Positions 19,881 through 29,890 of a stretch of DNA of 64,000 bases are shown here, piece by piece (positions within the stretch are counted from its first letter, which is position 1; every line of letters starts with the position of its first letter). Both the position numbers and the translations under genes were made by a program. The DNA lies in NCBI GenBank assembly GCA_963834385.1, contig CAWIBO010000003.1, positions 192,001 through 256,000 of the forward strand, given 5' to 3'. This stretch comes from an uncultured Verrucomicrobiae bacterium. Its GTDB lineage: Bacteria > Verrucomicrobiota > Verrucomicrobiia > Chthoniobacterales > UBA10450. Under the pieces are notes generated by a model that saw nothing but the letters and a program-made list of their open reading frames with translations, was not told where the DNA came from and searched no databases.

Positions 19881-21046
19881 TTCCTTCCTCCGCCATCACC
19901 GATGAACGGAAGCCGCCTGTGCGCATGGCGGCGGTGACGCGTTTGCGCCTGAATCGCCGGCAGCTTGTCATCGCCGGGAGCGCCATTCTGCTTTTGCTTT
20001 TCCTGGTCCTCCGCTTTGGCGGCGGCGGGGAAAAGAAGCGCTCGGCGCCGGGGCCGCGCCCGGTGGTGGTGGCGAAGGTGATCACGCAGGATGTGCCGCT
20101 TTACCTTGATGAAATCGGGACCACCAGTGCGTTCGAAACCGTGCAGGTGCAGGCGCAGGTGACCGGGCAGATCATTGCGCGCGAATTCAAGGATGGCGCC
20201 GAGGTGAAGAAAGGCGACCTCCTTTTTCGGATCGACCCGCGCCCCTACCAGGCGGCCCTGGCGGCAGCGGAAGCCGATCTCGCTCTCAACCAATCCAGCC
20301 TGAAGCGGCAGGAGGAATTGCAGGCCAAGAATGTGACCGCGGCGCAGGAACTCGACACCGCGAGGGCCAACGCCCGGCGATCCGAGGCGGCGGTCGCGGC
20401 GGCCCGGATCAACCTGGAGTTTTCCGATATCCGGTCGCCCATCGACGGCCGCGCCGGCCTGCGCAACGTCGATGTGGGGAACGTCGTCGGGCCGGGAACC
20501 CCACCGCTTGTCACCATCCAGGGGCTGGACCCGATCTACACCGATTTTTCCATTCCCGAGCCCGACCTGCCGCTGGTACGGAAATACATGGGCAACCCGG
20601 AGATGAAGGTGCTGACCGACGCCGAGGATGATGATGTGCCGCCCCGCAGCGGCGAGCTTTACTTTCTCGACAGCGCCGTCCAGCCCGGGGTGGGAACGGT
20701 CAAGGCGCGCGCGGTCACGCCGAACGCGGACCGCGCTCTCTGGCCTGCGCAGTTTGTCCGCGCCCGTCTGGTCCTTGATGTTTTGAAGGATGCGAAGCTG
20801 GTCCCGAACGGCGCGGTCCAGATCGGCCAGAACGGTCCCTACGTTTTTGTGGTCAAGCCCGACAACACGCTCGAGTTGCGCAATGTGAAGCCCGGGCAGG
20901 CGCAGGGAGAGTTCACCGTGGTGACCGAGGGTGTGCAACCCGGCGAAACCGTCGTGGTGGCCGGTCATCTCCAGCTCGCGCCCGGCGGCAAGGTGGTGCC
21001 GAAACCGATGGAAAAGAGCGGCGACCCGGCGCGGGTCAAAGGCTGA
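19877..21046 (+). CDS. RND efflux periplasmic adaptor (MFP)
   Basis: VKKGDLLFRIDPRPY, IRSPIDGRAG and N-terminal TM anchor; exact start uncertain. Confidence 0.92.
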   Translation: MIPSSAITDERKPPVRMAAVTRLRLNRRQLVIAGSAILLLLFLVLRFGGGGEKKRSAPGPRPVVVAKVITQDVPLYLDEIGTTSAFETVQVQAQVTGQIIAREFKDGAEVKKGDLLFRIDPRPYQAALAAAEADLALNQSSLKRQEELQAKNVTAAQELDTARANARRSEAAVAAARINLEFSDIRSPIDGRAGLRNVDVGNVVGPGTPPLVTIQGLDPIYTDFSIPEPDLPLVRKYMGNPEMKVLTDAEDDDVPPRSGELYFLDSAVQPGVGTVKARAVTPNADRALWPAQFVRARLVLDVLKDAKLVPNGAVQIGQNGPYVFVVKPDNTLELRNVKPGQAQGEFTVVTEGVQPGETVVVAGHLQLAPGGKVVPKPMEKSGDPARVKG

Positions 21047-21056
21047 GAGCACGCCC

Positions 21057-24000
21057 GTGACGCAGGACGACCAGACAGTCCCGGGGAGCGGCGGCGGGCC
21101 GGCAGCCGGGCGGCGCCAAGACCAAACTGGTCCAATTTTCGGCCGGCCTTTCCAAGCCGTTCATCGAGCGGCCGGTCATGACCATGCTCCTGACCGTCTC
21201 GGTGGTGGTCTTTGGCATCCTCGCCTTCAATCGGCTGGCGGTGAACGATCTTCCCGCGGTCGATTATCCCGTCATCCAGGTGAGCGTTTCCTATCCGGGC
21301 GCGAACCCGGAAACGATGGCGAACACGGTGGCGACCCCCCTGGAAAAGCAGTTCACCCAGATCCCGGGGATCACCCTCAGCACCAGCACGAGCACGCAGG
21401 GGAACACCAACATCACCCTGCAGTTCGATCTCGATAAAAGCGTCGATGCCGCCGCCACCGACGTGCAGGCGGCCATCCAGCGCGCTTCCGGACAGCTTCC
21501 GCCCGATCTCCCCAGCCCGCCGCGCTTCGAGAAATCGAACCCGAACGATCAGCCGGTCTTTTTCATTGCCCTGACCAGCGACACCCTGACCGACGGCGAC
21601 CTTTACAAATATGCCACCTCGCAGGTGCAGCAGCGGATCAACATCCTGCCCGGTGTTTCGCAGGTGCAGATCTACGGGGTGAAAAGCGCCATCCGGATCA
21701 AGGCCAATCCGGGCGCGCTCGCCACGCGCAACATGACCTTTGACGAGCTGGCCGCCGCCATCCGCTCCGGCACTTCCTACGCCGGGGTGGGGCAGTTCGA
21801 TGGCCAGACCAAGTCGTTCGTTCTGCGTCCCAACGCCCAGATCGCGGACGCCGAGGGCTATCGCAACCTCATCATCGGGCGCGGCCCCGACAATTCCCCG
21901 ATTTACCTGCGCGACGTCGCCACCGTGAGCGACAGCGTGCAGGACGAGCGTCTTTCCCGGCACTTCTATGCGCGCGGATTCAATCCGCCGGCCTCGACCA
22001 TCGTGCTCGCCGTCTCGCGTCAGGCGGGCGCGAACGCGGTGGACGTGGCCGAATCGATCCGCGAGCTCCTCCCGCAGCTCCGGCTCGAGCTGCCCGGCTC
22101 GATCAATCTCATCCCGACCTTTGATCGGGCTCAAACCATCGAGCGCTCGGTGCACGACGTCGAGGAAACGCTCATGATCGCGTTTGTCCTCGTGGTGCTG
22201 GTCATCTTTGTCTTCCTCGGGCGCGCGGCCGACACCGCCATCCCGGTGGTGGCGCTCCCGCTCTCGCTCCTCATCACCTTTGTCACCATGTGGGCCCTCG
22301 GGTTTTCGATCAACAACCTCACCCTCATGGCCATGACCCTCGCCATCGGGTTCCTGGTCGACGACGCCATTGTCTTCCTCGAGAACGTGGTCCGCCGCGC
22401 CGAGGCCGGGGAATCGATCTATCGCGCCACCCTGAACAGCGCGGGCGAGATCTCCTTCACCATTCTCTCGATGACGCTCTCGCTCGCGGCGGTCTTCATC
22501 CCGCTGGTTTTCATGCCCGGCCTGCTCGGCCGCATTTTCCGCGAGTTCGCCATCACCATCATCGTCGCCATCCTCGCCTCCGGCGTTGTCTCTCTCACCC
22601 TCACCCCGCTGATGTGCTCGCGCATGTTGCGGGCACGGGGGCCGGGGCATCCGAAATCGTGGATGCAGAATTTCACCGACCGTTTTTTCAAGCCGATCCT
22701 GGCCTCCTACGGGCGTTCGCTTGACTGGTTCCTTGACCGCGGCTGGCTGGCGGTGCCGGTCCTGGCCGGCTGCGCCCTGGGCGTAATCGTTTTGTTCAAG
22801 GCGCTCCCTTTCACCCTCCTGCCTACCGGCGACAGCGGCGTCATTCGCGGTTTCTTTATTGTCCCGGAAGGGGCCTCGCCGCAGCAACAGCGCGAATTGC
22901 AGGACAAGCTCGACCCGGTGCTGCAGGCCAACCCGGCGGTGGACAAATATTTCACCGTGGCCGGGCGCGGCGGCAGTTCCACCGGCATTTTCACCGTGAT
23001 TTTCCTGAAGCCGGGCGGGGAACGCCCGCCGATTGACGAGGTGGCCGGCCAGCTCCGGCGCGAGATCAGCCAGATCCCCGGCATTTTCCCGACGCTCAAC
23101 CCGCAGCCGGTCCTGCGCATCGACATCGGCGCCACCGGGAGCCAGTTCGGGCGTTACAGTTACACCCTCAGCGGGATCGAACCGGACGAGGTTTACGCCG
23201 CGGCCGACCGGCTGGCGGAACGGTTCCGCGAGTACGACGGCTTTGTCTCGCCGCCGCGCTCGAACCTGTTCCGGAACACCCCGAACATCGACATCGAGAT
23301 CGACCGGGACCGCGCCAGCGTTTACGGCGTTTCCACCACGCAGCTCCAGAGCCTGCTTCGCGCCGCTTATTCGCAAAACTACGTCTACCTGATCAAGCAG
23401 GCGGACGACCAGTATCAGGTCATCCTCGAGGTGGAGGACAAGGACCGCTCCAATCCGGAGGATCTGCGCCAGCTTTATGTGAAACCGGAGGGGCGCGACA
23501 ACCTCGTCCCGGTGCGGACGCTGACGAAGTTCAATACCCGGCTTGGTCTGCAGGCGGTCAACCACACGAACCAGTTCACCAGCGTGACCTTTGGGTTCGA
23601 CACCCGGCCGGACGTGGCCCTGGGCGATGTCACGGATTACATCAACAAGGTGGCGGCCGAGGTGGTCCCCCCGACGGTGAAAGGGGAATTGCAGGGTGAA
23701 GGCCTGGTCCTGCAGGAACTTTTCCAGGCGCTGCCGTTCCTCATCATCGGCGCGCTCTTCGTCATGTATGTGATCCTCGGCATTCTCTACGAGAGCTACG
23801 TTCACCCGGTCACGGTGCTTTCCACTCTTTTCCCCGCGGTCGTGGGCGGCCTGCTGACCCTCTGGCTTTTCAATTCCACGCTCTCGCTTTATTCCGTCAT
23901 CGGCCTGTTCCTCCTCATGGGCATCGTGAAAAAGAACGGCATCATGATCGTCGATTTCGCCCTGCACCGGCTCGATGAAGGCTACAACCGCCGCGACGCC

Positions 24001-24324
24001 ATCCACGAGGCGAGCATTGAACGGTTTCGCCCCATTCTCATGACGACCCTCGCGGCCCTGATGGGCGCGGTTCCGCTCGCGCTGGGTTACGGCGCCGACG
24101 GGGAATCGCGCCGCCCGCTGGGTCTGGTCATCGTCGGCGGCCTGGTCGTTTCGCAGTTGATCACGCTTTATGTCACCCCGGTGATTTATCTGGCCCTGGA
24201 ATGGTTCCAGGAGCGGGTCCTCGATCGGGTGCCGTTCCTGCGCAGCGGCCACACGCATCTCGACGGCAGCGTGCTCGGCGAAACGGAGCCCGGCGAGACC
24301 GCGGCGGTGCCGGCGCGCCCGTAG
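21057..24324 (+). CDS. RND efflux permease (AcrB/MdtB-C family); start uncertain
   Basis: PFIERPV, DLPAVDYP, GFLVDDAIV, GIVKKNGIMIVDF and RFRPILMTT. In-frame homology extends upstream of ATG 21178; GTG 21057 is in another frame (possible frameshift). Confidence 0.92.
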
Positions 24325-24362
24325 AGTTTGCTTAAACGCTCCCGTGCGGCAGTATCGGGCCG

Positions 24363-25232
24363 ATGCAGCAGCATCGTCTTTTTCCCGCGGCCCTGTTGCT
24401 CCTGACCTCGCTTCTCTGGAGCCTGGGCGGGGTCCTGATCAAGGCGGTCGACTGGCATCCCATGGCCATCGCCGGGACGCGCAGCGCCATCGCGTTCGTG
24501 GTTGTGGTCGCCTGGATGGGCTGGCCGCGCGGCGGCTTTTCGCGCCTGCAAATGGCTGGTGCTGTCGCCTACGCCGGCACGGTCATTCTTTTTGTCCTGG
24601 CCACCCGGCTGACCACGGCGGCCAACGCCATTTTCCTCCAGTACACCGCGCCCATCTACGTGGCCCTGGCCGGTTCCTGGTTCCTTGGCGAACGCACCCG
24701 CAAAAGCGACTGGGCCGTGATCGGGGTCGCCCTCTGCGGCATTGCCATCTTCTTCTTTGATAACCTCACCGTGGCCGGTCTTTGGGGGAACGTGGCCGGC
24801 CTGGCCAGCGCGTTTGCCTTTGCCAGCCTGGTGCTCTGTCTGCGCAAGGACCGCGATGGTTCCCCCATTTCCTCCGTGATCCTCGGCAACGGGCTGACCG
24901 CGGTCATTTGCTTTCCGTTCGCCTTCATGGCCGGGGCGCCCCCGGCCGGAAGCTGGCTCCCGCTGTTGCTGCTCGGCACCCTGCAGCTCGGCCTCTCCTA
25001 CGTTCTCTACACCATCGCGATCAAACGCGTGACCGCGCTCGCCGCCATCCTGATCCCGTTGCTCGAACCAATCCTGAACCCGCTCTGGGTCATGCTGCTG
25101 CATGGCGAAGTGCCCGGGCCATGGGCCCTCGCCGGTGCCGCCCTTGTCATCGGCGCCGTGGTTGTGCGCGGACTGCTGATGCTGCGGCGTGCGACGCCCG
25201 CGCCTTCCCCCGGTCCGGCCGGGCGGGCTTGA
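24363..25232 (+). CDS. EamA/DMT family transporter
   Basis: About ten TM helices; ANAIFLQYTAP and LLEPILNPLWV. Confidence 0.88.
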   Translation: MQQHRLFPAALLLLTSLLWSLGGVLIKAVDWHPMAIAGTRSAIAFVVVVAWMGWPRGGFSRLQMAGAVAYAGTVILFVLATRLTTAANAIFLQYTAPIYVALAGSWFLGERTRKSDWAVIGVALCGIAIFFFDNLTVAGLWGNVAGLASAFAFASLVLCLRKDRDGSPISSVILGNGLTAVICFPFAFMAGAPPAGSWLPLLLLGTLQLGLSYVLYTIAIKRVTALAAILIPLLEPILNPLWVMLLHGEVPGPWALAGAALVIGAVVVRGLLMLRRATPAPSPGPAGRA

Positions 25233-25245
25233 TGGCCATTGCCCG

Positions 25246-25776
25246 ATGCCTCTTTTCCTCCTCCTCCTTTTTCTGCCGTTCCTTTTTCTTTTGCTCCTGC
25301 CGCTCTCCCTTTTGCAACGTTATCGGGCCGGCGTTTCCCGCCAGAAAGGGCGGCGCTGGCTCGCTTCCCTCAACTTTTTCCTGCTCACACTCTCGGTCCT
25401 CATTTTTCTGGGCGGCGCGGCCGTGATGACCTTTTGGCTGCCGCGCGCGCCTTTGTTTGTCCTGGCCGGCCTCGGCCTGGGAGCGTGCCTTGGATTCATT
25501 GGCCTCGCCCTGACCCGCTGGGAAGAGACAGGGTCGGAGCTGTTCTTCACGCCGAACCGCTGGCTGGTGCTCGCCCTTACGGTGACCGTGGCGGCGCGTC
25601 TGGGCTACGGTCTTTGGCGGGGCTGGCAGGCCTGGGCTGAGGCGGAACCCGGCGGCTCGTGGCTGATGGCGGCGGGCGCCGGCTGGACGCTGGGTGCCGG
25701 CGCGCTGGTGCTGGGCTACTACTTTGCCTATTGGGCCGCGGTTCGGCGACGCTTGGCCGCCCGGCGCACCAAATAG
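25246..25776 (+). CDS. Membrane protein (DUF1453-like)
   Basis: LTRWE...FTPNRWLVLAL...ARL motif with hydrophobic helices. Confidence 0.6.
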   Translation: MPLFLLLLFLPFLFLLLLPLSLLQRYRAGVSRQKGRRWLASLNFFLLTLSVLIFLGGAAVMTFWLPRAPLFVLAGLGLGACLGFIGLALTRWEETGSELFFTPNRWLVLALTVTVAARLGYGLWRGWQAWAEAEPGGSWLMAAGAGWTLGAGALVLGYYFAYWAAVRRRLAARRTK

Positions 25777-25785
25777 AAGAGTGCC

Positions 25786-26346
25786 TTACGCTTTTTTGCG
25801 ACGGCGCAACAGCGAGAGGATTCCCGCCACCCCGCCCGCGCCCAGGAGCTGCCATGTGCCCGGCTCCGGGATCGGCACCGGGATCAGACCGACATTCTCG
25901 ATCTTGGTCCCGGCCTCAGGCCCGGTGCTCTTGGTGCCTTGCGCGGCGAAATTGCTGTTCTGGCTCACATCGGTGGAGGCGAGAACGGAGAACTCGCCCA
26001 ACTCGGACGGTCCGGGAATGGTGGCCACGCCCGTGTAAGTCCAGGTCAGGTTGGAAAGGATCGGGTCATCGAGCGGAATAACATTGGGCGGGGTTTGCCC
26101 GATCAGGCTCGAGGAGAACGTCCAGTTGGGCGGGCTCGAAACTTCCATGGGGGGCGTGCCGGCAAAATCGTAAATGGTGAAGAAATCGCCGGGGACAACC
26201 ATCTGGTCGAGGGTGACGTGGGCGGAATAGGTCCAGGCAAACTGACCGTCGGAGGGGGTGGCCGAGACAAAGGAGGGGATGATATCGGCCTGGACGGTGG
26301 CGAACGCACCGCAGAGAACGAGGGAAAGCAGGGTTTTGCGGATCAT
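25786..26346 (-). CDS. PEP-CTERM sorting-domain protein
   Basis: Signal peptide; C-terminal IPEPGTWQLL, TM segment and RRRKKA. Confidence 0.88.
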   Translation of the reverse strand: MIRKTLLSLVLCGAFATVQADIIPSFVSATPSDGQFAWTYSAHVTLDQMVVPGDFFTIYDFAGTPPMEVSSPPNWTFSSSLIGQTPPNVIPLDDPILSNLTWTYTGVATIPGPSELGEFSVLASTDVSQNSNFAAQGTKSTGPEAGTKIENVGLIPVPIPEPGTWQLLGAGGVAGILSLLRRRKKA

Positions 26347-26554
26347 AAAAGGGTTAAGAATGAGAGAGGGGCTCCATTTCCATTCGGACGCGAGGGGAAG
26401 AGTGGACGTGGGGGGTAAGAAAAGACAAGCAATAATTTAAGGCAATTGTCATAACTTACGGAAAAAGACGGGAAAAGGAGGCTCCGGGCGCGGAAAGGAC
26501 GGTTCCCCCGGGGAAATCGGCCGGCGGAATGCCCATCGACAAGCCCTCCTCCCC

Positions 26555-26589
26555 AATCGAAAATCGCTAATCGCCATTCGAAAATCCGA
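26555..26589 (+). repeat. Five heptamer units (AATCGNN-like) abutting tRNA-Arg
   Basis: AATCGAA AATCGCT AATCGCC ATTCGAA AATCCGA. Confidence 0.7.
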
Positions 26590-26591
26590 AG

Positions 26592-26663
26592 GTCCCCGTA
26601 GTTCAACGGATAGAATAGAGGTTTCCTAAACCTTTGATGTGGGTTCGATTCCCGCCGGGGACG
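26592..26663 (+). tRNA. tRNA-Arg (CCT)
   Basis: GTCCCCG/CGGGGAC acceptor stem, anticodon loop TTCCTAA and T-loop TTCGATT; CCA not encoded. Confidence 0.95.
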
Positions 26664-26793
26664 CATTTTTACGAGCCAACTGTGATCGGAAACGGAATGA
26701 ACGTTCCGCGCGCAGGTTCGATTGATTCGGCTGCTCCCGCAGTCTCACCCCTTGCGGGGCTTCGTCCATGTCGCTCGGCTCCCGCCGGCTGAC

Positions 26794-26976
26794 GGAGCAT
26801 GGAGCATGGAGCATGGAGCGACGGAGGACATGGAGCACGGAGCACATGACACGCGAGCACGGAGCACGGAGCACGGCATCGGAGCAGGAGCACGGGAGCG
26901 GAGCACGCAGGGAGCACGGAGCACGGAGCACGGAGCACGGAGCACGGAGCACGGAGTTTGGGGTTTGGCGTTTGGG
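26794..26976 (+). repeat. Degenerate heptamer tandem array (GGAGCAY)n followed by (GTTTGGS)3
   Basis: About 20 partly degenerate GGAGCAC/GGAGCAT units at 26794-26955, then GTTTGGG GTTTGGC GTTTGGG. Confidence 0.9.
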
Positions 26977-27081
26977 CTTCGCTCCTGCGCACCCTCGGCG
27001 GGTGAAGCTCGCGAATAAGAATGACGTGGCCGTTCGACGGTTTGCATAGCGGGCTGGAACAGGGCAGGTAAGTCCGCGCCG

Positions 27082-27798
27082 ATGAAAGCCATTGTTCTGA
27101 CCTGCGATCCTTACCGGGCTTTCACGGACCACATGATCCTCCGTTACGAGGAGCTGTGGCCGGAGCATCCGTTCCGTTTTCGCATTGCCTGCCAGGAGCT
27201 TTGCGGCGAGGAAACGCCGCGGCGGGAGTATCGGCGCACACCACCGGGGATTCGTGACACCGTTCTCGCGCTGCTGGAGGATTTGCCCGACGACGAGTGG
27301 GTCTACTGGTGCGTGGACGACAAGTATCCGGTCCGGCTCATGACGGAAAAGATCCTGGAATTAAGGGACGATGCGCTGGCCTCGCCGGACATGGATGGGC
27401 TGATGTTCTGCCGGTGTCGGGTGACCCTGAACAACCCGAAACTGGCCCTGCTGCCGGGAGAACGCCGCAACCGGTCCGGCGATGTCTATCTCGAGCGGCG
27501 AAGCTGGTATCAGTTCTGGGTGCACCAGTTCCTCCGGGTGAAAGTGATCCGCTATCTCTACCGCAGTCTGCCCGATCTGCCGGGGGCCAAGCCGATGAAC
27601 CCGTTCGAGAACAACGTGGAAAAGCTGCCGGAACATCGTCTTTACGTGACCAGGGAAAATTTTGCCGTGTTCGGCGAAAGCACCAGCCGCGGCGCCATCA
27701 CGCAGAACTGTTACGAAAGCATCCGGGAAACGGGGATCGAGCTGCCGGAACGATTCCAGAAGCCGGATGGCCGGCATATCCTCCTCGGGAAACTCTAG
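27082..27798 (+). CDS. Hypothetical protein, possibly GT-A-like glycosyltransferase
   Basis: Protein-like ORF; MKAIVLTCD start and WVYWCVDD acidic motif after a beta-strand. Function is inferred only. Confidence 0.55.
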   Translation: MKAIVLTCDPYRAFTDHMILRYEELWPEHPFRFRIACQELCGEETPRREYRRTPPGIRDTVLALLEDLPDDEWVYWCVDDKYPVRLMTEKILELRDDALASPDMDGLMFCRCRVTLNNPKLALLPGERRNRSGDVYLERRSWYQFWVHQFLRVKVIRYLYRSLPDLPGAKPMNPFENNVEKLPEHRLYVTRENFAVFGESTSRGAITQNCYESIRETGIELPERFQKPDGRHILLGKL

Positions 27799-28409
27799 TC
27801 GAAGGTGTAACCGAAACGCTCGATCTCCGGCGCGAACCGTTTCTCGACCATCTGGCGCAGCCGGTCATCGTAGTAGGTCCGGTAATCCTCCCGCTTGGAG
27901 CGGTTGTAAACCGGCAGGGGCGGCGCCTCGATCTCGAGCCGCGCGCAAACCTCGCGGAAATCGTCCGCGATGTTCTCGAAGCGCATGACCCGGTCGACAT
28001 TCTCGAACGGATCGCGGTCGCTTTTGCTCAGGCGCAGATATTCCGCGGCCGAGGTCATTTTCTTCACGAATTTCTCGAACTCCTTCGCGTCCCAGCCCAT
28101 GGCGTCGCGGCCCTGCCCGGGAGTGAAATAGTAGGAGATCATCCGGTCCCACGGGTTGCGCACGCAGGTGAACTTGAACAGTTCCCGGAAACGTTCCTCG
28201 CCGAGCGCGTCCCGGTATTCCACCAGCGGCGAATGTTTGCGCGTGCCGAACTCCGGATGGCGCAGCCCGAACCGTTCCACCCCGTCCTGCGGCCGCCGGC
28301 GAGAGACCACCACCTCGTCCTCGGCGTAGTCCTTCAGGATGCTCTGGATCGAGTTGCCCGCCGTCTTCGGGATATGGACGAAGAGAAAGCCTTTTCGGAA
28401 CGAGATCAT
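27795..28409 (-). CDS. Sulfotransferase family 2 protein
   Basis: FVHIPKTAGNSI (5'-PSB), VRNPWDRMIS (3'-PB), RFEN and terminal FGYTF. Confidence 0.9.
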   Translation of the reverse strand: MISFRKGFLFVHIPKTAGNSIQSILKDYAEDEVVVSRRRPQDGVERFGLRHPEFGTRKHSPLVEYRDALGEERFRELFKFTCVRNPWDRMISYYFTPGQGRDAMGWDAKEFEKFVKKMTSAAEYLRLSKSDRDPFENVDRVMRFENIADDFREVCARLEIEAPPLPVYNRSKREDYRTYYDDRLRQMVEKRFAPEIERFGYTFD

Positions 28410-28503
28410 GCGCTTCCGATTCAGTAACAAGCCGGGGCCAATGGGCAACTGGAAACGGCGGCCCGCAGTCGCACCCGGCCTTCTCCCGTTGTAGAAGCAG
28501 GCC

Positions 28504-29601
28504 GTGTCCATCGCCGCCTACGCTCCGGGCCGGGTTGAGCTGCTCGGGAACCATACGGATTACAATCAGGGCCTTGTCCTGGCCGCTGCGATCGATCGCG
28601 GGGTCACGGTGACCGGGACCACGCGCCCGGACGATCGGATCGTCCTCCGGTCGGACGGGGCAGGTGAGCCGGTGGAAGTCGTGCCCGCCGATCTCTGCAA
28701 GGCGACCGGGCCGGCGCGCTGGGCCAATTACCCGCTCGGCGTGTTTCACGCCCTTGCGCAGCGGGGTTGTGCCCTGGGCGGGTTTGACGCCGTGATCACT
28801 TCCACGCTCCCGATCGGCGCCGGCCTGGCCAGCTCGGCCGCCCTCGAGGTGGCCACCGCTTTTTTTCTGCGCCGGCTTTTCCAGCTCGACCTTCCTCCGT
28901 TGGAGATCGCCCGCCTTTGCCGCGAAGCGGAGAACGATTTCGTCGGGGTTCCCTGCGGCCTGCTCGACCAGGTCACCTCGGTCTTTGGCCGGGCCGGCCA
29001 CGCCATTTGTCTCGACTGTCGCGACCACGAAATCCGCCCACTCCCGTTCCCGGACGGTCTTCTCCTGGTGGTCGCGGAATCAGGCACGAGTCACCAGCTC
29101 CTCGAGAGCCTTTACGGGGAACGGGCGCGGGAATGCGCCGCGGCGGCGGCCGCGCTCGGGGTCGGTTCCCTGCGGGAAATTGATGGGGCCGGCCTGGCCG
29201 CGGCGGGCCGGGAGCTCGACCCGGTTCTTCTGCGCCGGGCCCGGCACGTGGTGGAAGAGAACGAACGGGTGCGCGCGGCCGGGGATGCGCTCGCGCGTCA
29301 CGACGGCCAGGCCTTGGGCGCGCTCATGAACGCGTCGCACGAGAGTTCACGCAGCAATTTCGAGAACAGCAGCGCGGAGCTCGATGCGCTGGTCAGGAGG
29401 GCGCGCCTTCTTCCCGGCGTGCACGGGGCGCGGCTGACCGGCGGCGGGTTCGGCGGAAGCGTGGTTGCGCTGGTGGAAGCCGGGCGGAGCGATGAGGTGG
29501 CGGCGGAACTGAGCCGGGCCCAGTCGGCACACGTCGGGCGTGAGACGGATGCCTTTGTCTGTCGCCTGGCTGATGGCGCCGCGCTGGTCAACGCCCGTTA
29601 G
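28504..29601 (+). CDS. galK: Galactokinase (GHMP kinase)
   Basis: APGRVELLGNHTDYN, PIGAGLASSAA, CGLLDQ and GARLTGGGFGG. Confidence 0.88.
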   Translation: MSIAAYAPGRVELLGNHTDYNQGLVLAAAIDRGVTVTGTTRPDDRIVLRSDGAGEPVEVVPADLCKATGPARWANYPLGVFHALAQRGCALGGFDAVITSTLPIGAGLASSAALEVATAFFLRRLFQLDLPPLEIARLCREAENDFVGVPCGLLDQVTSVFGRAGHAICLDCRDHEIRPLPFPDGLLLVVAESGTSHQLLESLYGERARECAAAAAALGVGSLREIDGAGLAAAGRELDPVLLRRARHVVEENERVRAAGDALARHDGQALGALMNASHESSRSNFENSSAELDALVRRARLLPGVHGARLTGGGFGGSVVALVEAGRSDEVAAELSRAQSAHVGRETDAFVCRLADGAALVNAR

Positions 29602-29831
29602 GCGGTCTCGTTCTTGGCGGCGCCGCGGAAATTCAGCACCGCCAGCGCCACCTGCAGAACAATGAGGGCATAGGCGTGGGCGTAAACGCCCCAGACGATC
29701 CAGAGCACGTTGCTGAGCAGAAAAAGCCAGAAGCCGACGCCGCGTTTCTTCTTTTTCTGCGAGGCCACCATCCAGGCGGAGATGACCGTGACGATCATCG
29801 CGGGCCATTGCACATGATCGAGCCAGTTCAC
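29598..29831 (-). CDS. Small membrane protein (3 TM)
   Basis: QWPAM...GFWLFLLSNVLWIVWG...ALIVLQ; hydrophobic 77 aa. Confidence 0.7.
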   Translation of the reverse strand: MNWLDHVQWPAMIVTVISAWMVASQKKKKRGVGFWLFLLSNVLWIVWGVYAHAYALIVLQVALAVLNFRGAAKNETA

Positions 29832-29890
29832 CCCGCTTAAACGCAGGGCGTCTCCACGGCAGATGTGCCGGCGTCCAGGAACGCGGAGGA

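Noticed and set aside
26400..26470. Sigma54 promoter for the PEP-CTERM gene
   Set aside because: The region is AT-rich and contains TTGC, but lacks a GG at the required -24 spacing.
26794..26976. Possible CRISPR array, or ORFs 26626..27168, 26722..27018 and similar spanning the repeat
   Set aside because: Contiguous 7-bp units with no unique spacers and no cas genes. The ORFs are translations of the repeat (APCSVLR/HGARSTE).
26592..28500. tRNA-anchored integrative island
   Set aside because: No integrase, and no duplicated tRNA 3' end (att site) was noticed downstream of either tRNA.
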